Below the pieces are notes generated by a model. That model worked only from the letters and a program-made list of their open reading frames with translations, did not search any database and was not told the origin of the DNA. The position numbers and the translations under genes were made by a program. Shown one piece after another: positions 14,676 through 25,478 of a stretch of 64,000 bases of DNA (position 1 is the stretch's first letter; every line of letters starts with the position of its first letter). This stretch comes from Azolla caroliniana (Eukaryota; Plantae; Polypodiophyta): the NCBI GenBank assembly GCA_043228905.1, contig JBHGNT010000006.1, positions 18,724,001 to 18,788,000 on the forward strand, written 5' to 3'.

Positions 14676-15629
14676 TTTGAGCTCCATGGTTTATTTCCCA
14701 TGTTGTCAAGAAGTCCCTAACATGTGCTTCTGCATCAACTCCTTCCCGAAATTTAGAATACGGGTAAGGCATATTGTCTTTACTCTAGATATCCTAAAAT
14801 GATACCTCTTCCGCCTGATTTTCGTCCGACTGACTAGTTTCTGGTTGTACCACTACACCTGAATCTTTTTCTAGTGTCTTCGTAACAGAACGTGTACGAG
14901 GATGTTTACAACTGACTAGTGTATCCCGACCAGACAATATCCATTCGACTTGTTCTCTGCTAATTGCAGATGTAACCAGGTGTGCCAAACTTATACTGTG
15001 TTGTTCGGTTGACAACCAATATTGTCGACACAGTATAAGTTGAACGTTGCTCACCGAACGTTCTATCAATGAATTGTGGTTAGACGAATAGATACTAAAT
15101 GGCTGTAAACTTCTCGATGTTAAACAGACATCGAGATCGTTATTTACGTAATAGAGTTCGAACAGAAAGGAAATAGATTGACAGAGCACTTAGTGCACAA
15201 AGATTTCCTAAACTACACTTTATATTACTAAATAAAACGATAAATCTTTACACTGCCTTCGGTTCCTTTTATAGGCAACCGAAAGGACTTTCTCATCAAG
15301 AAAACATATTACCAAAAATGGCAAGAACTACAAAAATCTATAACTAACTATAATTTCGGTTTTAATTTAATTCGGCAAAATGCTGACTCATCGATCCTCT
15401 ATACCGATCCGACTCCAAGTCCGATGAGACCTTCTACATTTCTGACTCCGATGCTTCCCCACTTGTCCGGGTAACAAATCTGGAACGTATATGGAATCAG
15501 TCAAATTAGAATCAGATCTGTGTCGAAGAAGTTCATTCCCTTCACCAGCCTTTGGTGAAGTGTTCCGGAAGGACACCCAATGTTTGTGGCTAGTCTAGCC
15601 CAGGATAAACAAACTATTTTGTTCTACAC

Positions 15630-16280
15630 CACTGATCCACACATATAATATGTTTGCCCTTATACACTGTGCGGGCTATTTACAAATGTAGCCAGTGCTA
15701 CCATCATCCATATTATTATACTAAATAGCAATAATAGCTAATCTGACAACTAATCAACTAGTCGATTCGACTAGCCGACTCCAGTGTCAACTGTCTAGTC
15801 GGCCCGACTAGTCTGCCTTGTCGTCGGTCCGACTAGTCGATCTTGTCTTCGACTTCGATCATCTACTATGTCGACTCTCTCTTACTCGACTCACCCAGTT
15901 GACTCTCCATGACTTTGATCGTCCACTCTCGGCCCGACCAGTCGGCTCCTCCCATAGGAGAGACATTTTCCTAACAAATAATGGATCAGATATGCTGATG
16001 GAAGTTTTATCTATGGACAAACTAAAAGCTTCCCGGTTAAAGGTAGACATGGTCAACTCTTCCATACAAGAGTGAAGAGGGAGTTTGTTATGAAATGATG
16101 ACCCTCCTTATGAGAGAAGAACCGATGCAGTTAAGAGCTAGTCGAGTATATGGTTAGTTGAGAGGTGGCTGAAAGGTAAACGTTTGAGAGCTAAGGGTCT
16201 GAGAGTCGGCTATTCGGATGAGGGCCGAATGCCAACTGGGAGCTGGCTAAGGCTAAGGCTAAGTGCTGAATCGGCTTGAA
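15630..16280. mobile_element. Copia remnant: minus-strand LTR piece joined to plus-strand RNase H end, PPT and LTR start
   Basis: NGSDML..VLSMDKL (RNase H C-terminus), then GAGTGAAGAGGGAGTT and TGTTATG at about 16086. Repeated at about 36030-36680. Confidence 0.7.
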
Positions 16281-16639
16281 GTACCCATTTTGTTAAGTGT
16301 GTGCCCACTTAAGTGTGTCATTCTACTAAGTGCGCATTTTATAGAGGTCAAAATCTAGAAAAAAACTTACATTGTTTCACGATAAAATTACATCAAACCA
16401 AATTGAAACTAGTTCCAAACATTCAGAAACAACAAAGTTATCAATAAAAACATATTTGTAAGCTTTTCTCTATTTCATACCAAAATCATGTAAGGTCATT
16501 TTCTTACTTTTAGCTAAATAGGTTGAGCAAGATATGATGAATATATAATCTTGAACTAATTTCGTGGAAATTTTGCTTTCGAACAAGATATGTAATCAAT
16601 AAAACTAAGTAGATTGACTGTGGGTATATGACGGGAAAA

Positions 16640-17060
16640 CTATTAATTGTTTAACTGATTAATAATTATAATAAGTTATTAATCGATTAATGGCTTATTA
16701 TGCAAACTTACAAGAAGGGAAAGTTATTAATTGATTAATGGCTTCGTACGTGGAATTACACATAGGGAAAGCTATTAATCGATTAATGGCTTCTTATGTG
16801 GCGTTACATGAAAGGAAAGCTATGAATCGATTAATGAGTTGTTATCTGGACTTACATGAAGGGAAAGCTATTAATCGATTAATCAATTATTGGCATATTA
16901 TGTGGAGTTACATGAAAAGAAAGCTATTAATCGATTAATGGCTTATTATGTGGACTTACATGAAGGGAAAACTATTAATCGATTAATTGATTAACGGCTT
17001 ATTACGTGGACCTGCATGAAGGAAGGAAAAGCTATTAATAGATTAATAGCTATTGATACA
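16640..17060. repeat. ~48-bp AT-rich tandem array with palindromic core
   Basis: Unit approximately AAGCTATTAATCGATTAATGGCTTATTATGTGGACTTACATGAAGGGA, about 8 copies. Confidence 0.9.
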
Positions 17061-18544
17061 CTCTTTAATGGGCTTCCACATTGTATATCCCAATATAACT
17101 AAGTGTTTACGTACTAAAATCTTAACAAAGCACAAAGATATTATTATAGTGTTCCACACAACGTGTTTGTAGTACTCTGTGGTACCCAATATTTGTATCA
17201 ACATTACCTTTTCACGAGTACAAAGTAAAATCGTTTGATATGTATATTTGTATTTCTCTTCATCCTCAATTGTGATTATTTATACACAACGGGGATGATA
17301 TCATTTATATATAACTCTTGTATAACTTCTTCGTCCACATGTTCTTAGTGATGCCCTGTGGCAGTGCATCTTACTATGCCAATCCTCCTGAAAACTCCAA
17401 TACCCATGGATTGGACATTGATTACAAACTATAACTCTTATAAATTCTTGAACCAAATTGCTTCTAAGATTAGAAATGATCTAGTTGTTGGTAACATAAC
17501 ATTGCCATGATGGGATTATCTTATGTTATTAACACAAAGATATGGACTTTGGTAACATGCACAATTCATAACTTGATTTGAAAAGAGCTTCAAGCTTCTA
17601 AATGCATATGTATATATGTGTGTGTGGAGTTTAGGGGGCTTACAAGCTAAAAATGATTACTTCACGCACGTATGGATTGATATGCTTGGTCAATGTGACA
17701 ACTTGACATTTGCGTGAAATGTTTTATGATTAAAATGTGTTCAAGAACTATATGTTAAATAAGGAAAACTCTAAAAACAACTTTGTTAAATATGCCTTAT
17801 TCCCTAGCAAACGGCAGTAGCTCCTAGCAAAACACAACCCCAAATGGATAGTTGGGGACTTATCTCGGTGGGAAGAAGAAGTTATGGATACCCAGAGATA
17901 GGAGCCGGTGGAGAAAGTTCCGGAAAAGATGGCAAACCGATCAAGATAATGTTGTGCATGCACGATGTCGACCAGGAAGAACTCATATACAAGGTAAACC
18001 AACAAACCACGGAAGAGGAGGCTGAAGAAGAACCAGCTGAAACCCTCCTACGTTGCCCAAGGAAGTGTGACTGTGAATAGTAGGGGGAAGGATCAGGTCC
18101 AGAGAAGGACAGTACCCTGATTCCCCACTCAGCGGTGGTGGAACCCAGACCGGAAATGGAGCCAACCAACAGACCAGAAGCAGTGAAGACAGTTTAACAA
18201 GAATCGAAATTATAAGGAGATACATCACCGGGTCTTCTAGCGCAGCAACAACAAGAGGAACGCCAACCAGAGCGAACACCGGAGCAAGTGGAGTCGCTTG
18301 CATAATGGCTCAAGCGGGAGCAAGAAGTAAGGTCGGAGGTAATATAGCAATTTGTTGTACTCACATAACACGAAACCTGCCTGCAATGGTTAGAATGTCT
18401 TGGGAAGCAGGTATCCGATGTGGCTGACCGAATAGATGAAGAGCAACGGATGGAGCGGAGACAGGTGGAACGGTTGCTGACAGTAACCGAAGAATTGGAT
18501 AAGGCCCAAAATCAGATTCTGAGCCTGGAGGAGGAGCTGGCAAG

Positions 18545-19003
18545 TGTTACCCGTTCCTTTGGGTGAACACCTTCGATAGATCTGCGTCTATCGGTCTTCA
18601 ACGGCGTGGTACGTGAAGGCTCGTACAGAGGCTTTGAGAGAGATACAGGGCGCAGAGAGAAAACACTAGTGAGGTTTTCTGATAGGCGTGGCGGCGTGAA
18701 ACTCCTAGATATAGATCGAAACACAGACTCATGCGGCAAAATAGGCACAAATAAGATATATTACTATGGCAGAAAAGGATTACAGAACACAGCCTATGGC
18801 CGGTGACCTTACAAGTTTATCTAATTCGAATGATTAATCTAGTGCTTCCGCCTATAATTTTCTTCCCCCCTCCCTTTCTAAGGTACTGTTCCTCGTTTAA
18901 ATAACTTTTCCCCTTACACACAGCCGAGCCCTTGGTGGCCCGTGATACTCGGACTCGGCATCTGCTAATTTCCTAATTTTACATTTCTGTCCTCTGGACA
19001 ACA
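18545..19003 (-). repeat. 3' LTR of gypsy element 18545-33589
   Basis: Near-identical to 33130-33589. Confidence 0.95.
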
Positions 19004-19005
19004 CC

Positions 19006-19049
19006 TGGCACGCCCGTGGGACAGGACCTTGTCCGTCGGACCCACGACC
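19006..19049 (-). other. tRNA-Arg-like 3'-end motif in the PPT position
   Basis: Element sense reads GGTCGTGGGTCCGA-C-GGAC-AAG-GTCC-T-GTCCCACGGGCGTGCCA-GG, then LTR TGTTG. No purine run. Confidence 0.85.
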
Positions 19050-20039
19050 TTCAAAATACTAACAATATTACAAAAAATTGCCTTTTAGGCGTGATCCTCG
19101 TTTCATTCCTCCTTTAAGATGTCGAGGATGCTTTCGGGGTCCGGGGTGGCAGCAGGGTGGTCTGGTTGGACTGTTGGTGCGGGGGGTTGAGTTTGGTCCA
19201 GGGGTGGCATATCTTCTCGGGCGTCCGCCTCGGGTGCGGCCGATTCTTCTGGTGGGGGTGTGGGTTCGTGGCCGCTGGCCTCTGCTTCGACAGGCTCCGG
19301 TACCGTGTGGACGTCCATGGGATGTTTGTTGGCCGGGGCAAGTTCCTCTTGTGCTGTGTCCGTGATCTCCTCGCTGGGAGGTTCTTCTTTCTGCTCTGTG
19401 GCCGTTGGAGAGATGGTGGGGATGGCAGCGAGTCGTTCTCGTTCGAAGGCTTCTGCTTCCAGGTGAAACAACATCTGACCGTCATTGAAGTCCTCCATTA
19501 TTTGCTCGATTGCCGCGGTGTGAGATTTTGCCAAGGACTAGTAATCCTCGGTTAAATTTGCATGCAGATTTTGAATGCTGGCTTCGTCCATTTTGTAGAA
19601 GCCGCAGCCCTCCTTCCGTCGGTTCTCGGCGTCGGCGCGTAAAACATGCAATTCGGCAGCTTGGGCTGCCCATTCGTCTCCTGCGCGACTTAATGTTTCC
19701 TTGACCTTTTTGGTAAGGTGATGGCGCTGTTTCTCGAGCAGTATGCGGATGCGTGTCTCATCCATGTCGGGCTGTGCTCGGATGGCTGCTAATTCCTGTT
19801 TTAAGCCGTCCACCTCGGCCTGAATCTTCTGTGTCTTTAGCTCATAGATGGTCTGACTGTTCTTTGCATCCGCGGTTACGAGCTGGAGAGCCTACTCGTA
19901 ACGCTTCGTGAGTTCTTCGGTGGCTTGCTCCCGTTCTTTCTGACACGTGGCCCAGATTTGTTCCCGTTCGACGATTCTCTCTTCTTGTAGGGCGAAGTAG
20001 GAATCTGATAAGGCCTCTTTTTGCTCGGAAAGTAGCTTG

Positions 20040-23000
20040 TGACGGGAACGCAACGTTCCTTATGTCCGACGCTCGGCCACAACCGAGATTCTTTTCATAC
20101 ACAGAAAACGGGAAAATGAACACGACACAAAGAGGAGAAATGGTACACAAGAGGTTAACGTGGAAAACTAGGGGAAAAACCACGGCAGCCCACAGGCTGC
20201 AAACTGTCACTATGTAGGAATATACAACAGTGAGTTCACTGAGGCAACGACCTCGTGCTCACGGATCTTCGCCACAGGCGGCGGTTACAACAGAGGCAAT
20301 GACCTCGTGTCTCTCTCTCTCTCTCTATACAGTTACGCACTCTCTCTTCTTCTTGCACCAACAAGGAAGAATAACAACAGTAAAATTAACCTAAAAGTTT
20401 GCCCTAAGTCATATTTATACTAATATGACTTTTCGGCTATTTACAAATATAGCCTCGATGGGCTCTCAGAAACATATTTACGAATATGTCTCTTCCTCCG
20501 GTTCATACCGTGCCTGCACCATCCGGCTCTCCGTAGCCGGGTACTCCTCATCCGGTTTATACCGGGCCTGCACCATCCGGCTCTCCGTAGCTGGGTACTC
20601 CCCATCCGGTTCATACCGGGCCTGCACCATCCGGCTCTCCGTAGCTGGGTACTCTTTATCCGGTTCATACCGGGCCTGCACCATCCGGCTCTCCGTAGCC
20701 GGGTACTCATCATACCGTTTCGGCCTCGGCCTATCGGCCTCGACCAAGTTTGTTCGTCGGCACTGTTCTTCTTCCTTCCCATCCGGAGGGACCTGTTTCC
20801 CAACAAACTCCCCCTTCACTCCGGCATGGGGTGTCTTACCAGTCCGATTCTCTTCCGGCATGCATCCAGCTTGTCGGGTGTCAGCGCTTTGGTCAGCATA
20901 TCTGACCCGTTCTCGGCCGTGTGGATCTTCGTCAGTGCGAACTCCTGGTCATCTACTCTTTCCCAGATCCAGTGATACCTCCGCTGGATATGCTTTGTCC
21001 GAGAATGGTAGGCCGCATTTTTAGCAAGGTGGATGGCACTTTGACTGTCACAATAGAGTCGGTATTCCTCTTGCCGTATACCGAGCTCTCCGATGAAGTC
21101 CTTCATCCATAAAATTTCCTTGCCGGCTTCCACAGCCGCCATGTACTCCGCCTCTGTGGTTGATAACGCAACCGTCTTCTGCAGCCTTGACTGCCACGAA
21201 ATAGCTCCCCCTGCATATGTCATCACATACCCAGATGTAGACCGGCTGGTATCCACATCAGCCGACATGTCCGAATCGGTGAAACCGTCCAGTTGAGGTT
21301 TTCCGGAGCCGAATGGGAGACACATATTTGAAGTGCCCTTTAAGTACCGGAGTATCCATTTGACTACGTTGCAGTGCTCCTTGCCGGGATTACTCATGAA
21401 CCGGCTCACCACTCCGACTGCGTATCCTATATCCGGTCGGGTACACACCATAGCGTACATCAAGCTCCCGACGGCAGAGGCATATGGAATCTTCATCATA
21501 TCCCCCTTCTCTGCTTTCGTCTTCGGGCTTTGCTTGCCGGATAGCTTGCAGTTTGCCGGAAGTGTCGATCCGACCGGTTTTGCATCTGACATGTTGAACC
21601 GGTGAAGCACCTTTGTCACATACTTCTCCTGTGACAGCCATAGTTGCTTCACTGACCGGTCCCGAATGATGTGCATCCCCAACATCTGTCTTGCTGGACC
21701 CAAGTCTTTCATTGAGAAGGTCCGGTTGAGAGCCTTCTTCAGCATCCGTATTTTGACTTGGTCCCGTCCGACGATCAACATGTCATCCACGTACAGAAGG
21801 AGTATCAGGAAGTCCCCTCCTTCGAACTTCTTCACAAACACACAGTGATCGGCCTGTGTCTTGTGGTACCCTTGATCGGTCATGAAGGAGTCGAACTTCC
21901 GGTACCATTGCCGGGGAGCCTGCTTCAGTCCGTACAGGCTCTTCTTCAACCGGCATACCAGGTGCTCCTTCCCTTTCTCCACAAATCCTTTCGGATGCTG
22001 CATGTAGATCTCCTCTTCGAGGTCGCCATGGAGGAATGTCGTCTTCACGTCCAGCTGCTCTACCTCGAGGTCCATGCTTGCTGCTATACTCAGCACCGTC
22101 CGGATGGAGGTCATCTTTACTACCGGGGCAAATATCTCATCGAAGTCCACGCCCTTCTTCTGCTGGAACCCCTTGACCACGATCCTGGCTTTGTATCTCG
22201 GGGGGTTGCCGGCATCTCCCGATTTCATCTTGTACACCCACTTGTTTCGGAGTGCCCGCTTTCCTTTCGGCAACTCCACCAATTCATACGTATGGTTCTC
22301 ATGCAGGGAATCCATCTCATCCTGCATGGCACTTAACCATTTTCTGTTGTGGGTGTCTTCCTTTGCTTCTTCGAAGCTTTCCGGCTCCCCCTCATCGGTT
22401 AGCAGAACATGCTCTGCATCCGGAAATCTCCAGGGCGCCCTTCTCTCTCTGAGAGGATATCTACGTCTTCGGGCTTCGGTAACCGGCTCCTCCATTTGCT
22501 CTTCATCCGAATTCGATTCGGGGTCTTGGCCGGTTCCGGTCTCAGCTTCCTCTACTTCTTCTTCTGCCGGTTCAGTATCCTCACCGTAACCCGCTGGTTC
22601 CTCGAGTGCTAACCGGTCTCTTGCCGGTTGGGTCTGCTCATCGTAGAGTCTATCCTTACCGGTCGACTCGGAGTTCATTATCTTCTTCTCCGACTCCCAG
22701 TCAGTGAGCGTCTTGTCCTCCATGAAGATAATATCTCGACTCCGGAATACCTTCTTGTCGACCGGGTCCCACAATCGATAACCGAACTCATCGTCACCGT
22801 AACCGAGGAATATGCATGGCCGGGTCTTTGGATCTAACTTTCCTCTCCGGTCCTTTGCTACATGCACGTACGCGAGACACCCAAACACCTTCAGATGCCG
22901 GTAGGATACTTCCTTACCGGTCCACACTCTCTGTGGCGTGTCTTCGTCCAAGGGTACTGAGGGTGATCTATTTATCACGTATGTTGCCGTCGACAATGCC

Positions 23001-25478
23001 TCAGCCCAAAACTTCTTGGGTAGTTTTGCATGCGCTAGCATACTCCGGACCCTCTCCATTATGGTCCGGTTCATCGTCTCGGCCAGTCCGTTTACTTCTG
23101 GCGTCTTCGGCACGGTAAATTTGAGCCGGATTCCCTTCGAGCGGTATTCTCCTCCGTTGTCTGCTCGAACTGCCCCCGGTATTCTCCTCCGTTGTCCGCT
23201 CGAACTGCCTTCAACTTTCGGCCGGTTTCTCTTTCCACTCTCGCGTGGAGCTCTTTGAAGATGGATAACACCTAATCCTTCGTCTTCAGCGGTGTAGCCC
23301 ATAGCTTCCGGCTGTGGTCATCTATGAATGTCACGAAGTACTGCGCTCCGGCATGTGACTTCGTGTCTACTTGACACACGTCCGTATGCACCAACTCCAG
23401 TGGTGCATTACGTCTCATCGGTGGCCTTGGTCGGAAGGAGGTCCGGTTCTGCTTACCGGCCAGACAATTAGTGCACTTCTCTAAGTGCACGTTCTTCACT
23501 GGAATGAGATTGTCTTCTGCAAGCCTCTTCATCCCCTTCTCACTCATATGACACAGCCTCTTGTGCCACAACTCACCGGCAGTGTCGGATGCCACGTTCA
23601 CTTCTTCCGGACATAACCGGGCATTCATCAGGTACAATGTGTTTACCTTCCCGGCCTGAGCCACAATCAGGCTCCCTTTGCTGAACTTCATGACACCGTT
23701 CCAGATGCTACCCGTGTAGCCTTCATCATCTAGCCGACCGGCTGATATCAGGTTCAGACGAACTTCCGGAACGTGTCGGACATCCTTCAGCAGCAACTTG
23801 CATCTGGTTGGTGTTGACAGCAACACGTCTCCTATGCCGATAATCCGGCATGTACCTTCATTCCCCATCCGGACACAGCCGTGGTCACCGGCTGAGTAGG
23901 ATGAGAAGCATTTCCGGTCCAGGGTAAGGTGGAACGACGCTCCGGAGTCTACCACCCAGGCCATCTTGTCGCCGGCAAGGTTTATCTCACACTCCTCGGT
24001 GATGAGCATCAACTCTTCTTCACTTGCCGCGATTGTCGTCGTTCCCTTCCGCTCCGGCCCCTTTCGGTCTTTACCGTTCCGGTCTTTACCGTTCTGGTCT
24101 GAGGTTTGCTTCGAATCGGTACCGTCGGTTTCCTTGTCTTTACGGAAATGCCGACAGTTCTTTTGGAAGTGTCCCGGCTTGCCGCAATAGAAGCAAGTAG
24201 GCCTCCCCCTCGACTTTGACCATGTCCCCTACTTCTCCCGGTTTTGGGGACTACGGTAAGGAGCGCTTTGGAGTCGGAGCTCGTGTCTTTGTCCTTCCGA
24301 CGCGCCTCCTCATCTAGCAAGCTCGACTTTACTCTTGCTAGGGATAACCGTTTTCCTTCAGGCCCGGCGTTGCCCAAAGTGACAACCAACGTCTCCCAGC
24401 TATCCGGGAGGGAACCGAGCAGGAGTAGCGCTAGTACCTCGTTGGCAAGAGGTACTTCCAATGACATTGCCTGGTGTATCAGCCCCTAGAAGGCATTCAG
24501 GTGCTCCGCCATGCTGGAGCCATCTTGGTACCGGAGTCTTACTAGCTTCCGGAATACCGACACCTGATTGACAGCATTTTTGTTCTGGAACATTATCCCG
24601 ATCTTCTCCCAAAGCTCATGAGCCTTGCTCTCTTCATTGAAGTTGTTGTATAGGCTCATGTCGATGAAGCACCGTATGTACGCCGTTGTCTTCATGTGCA
24701 TCACCTCCCATATCGCGGCGTCGATTTTGTCCGGTCTCTTGTCCCCGAACTGAACCGGCAGCCACAGGTCTTTAACAAAGAGCATGTCCCTCATCTTCGA
24801 CTTCCATACTGAATAGTTGGAGCCGGTGAGCTTGAACATGCCGCCAAATGATTCGTCCATTTTCTATGTCGATTTCGCTCTGATACCAATTGACGGGAAC
24901 ACAACGTTCCTTATGTCCGATGCTCGGCCACAACCGAGATTCTTTTCATACACAGAAAACGGGAAAAAGAACACGACACAAAGAGGAGAAATGGTACACA
25001 GGAGGTTAACGTGGAAAACCCCAAACTAGGGGAAAAACCACGGCAGCCCACAGGCTGCAAACTGTCACTATGTAGGAATATACAACAGTGAGTTCACTGA
25101 GGCAACGACCTTGTGCTCACGGATCTTCGCCACAGGCGGCGGTTACAACAGAGGCAACGACCTCGTGTCTCTCTCTCTCTCTCTGTACAGTTACGCACTC
25201 TCTCTTCTTCTTGCACCAACAAGGAAGAATAACAACAGTAAAATTAACCTAAAAGTTTGCCCTAAGTCATATTTATACTAATGTGACTTTTCGGCTATTT
25301 ACAAATATAGCCTCGATGGGCTCTCAGAAACATATTTACGAATATGTCTCTTCCTCCAGTTCATACCGGGCCTGCACCATCCGGCTCTCCGTAGCCGGGT
25401 ACTCTTCATATCGTTTCAGAGTTTGTTCGTCGGCACTGTTCTTCTTCCTTCCCATCCGGAGGGACCTGTTTCCCAATA
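20040..25478 (-). mobile_element. Full-length Tnt1-like Ty1/copia element, copy 2, TSD GCTTG
   Basis: LTRs 20040-20805 and 24891-25478, GCTTG at 20035-20039 and 25479-25483, PBS TGGTATCAGAGC at 24877-24888, PPT at 20808-20817. Confidence 0.97.
20816..24860 (-). pseudogene. Copia gag-pol polyprotein with a few lesions
   Basis: Gag MDESFGGMFKLTGSNYSVWK (24860), protease VDSGAS, integrase, RT YVDD and RNase H in ORFs 24486-24860, 24009-24467, 23272-24012, 20816-23302. Confidence 0.92.

Larger units (their letters stand above)
7500..15400 (-). mobile_element. Older AT-rich non-chromovirus Ty3/gypsy element, degenerate and interrupted by insertions
   Basis: On minus: LTR about 14999-15400, PBS TGGCACACCTGGTTACA at ~14971-14987, gag (MPYPYSKFREG), protease IVDGG (12498-13067), RT QVFLDDF (10988-11515), RNase H FVDASD (10278-11081), integrase [12 protein letters not shown] and C-terminal LKFRWTRPY (7534-7824). 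Confidence 0.9.
15470..17805. repeat. ~2.3-kb duplicated segment, copy A
   Basis: Colinear with 35965-38227: gypsy LTR end ...CCCAGGATAAACA, copia remnant, 48-bp array, then unique AT-rich DNA up to TTCCCTA. Confidence 0.9.
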
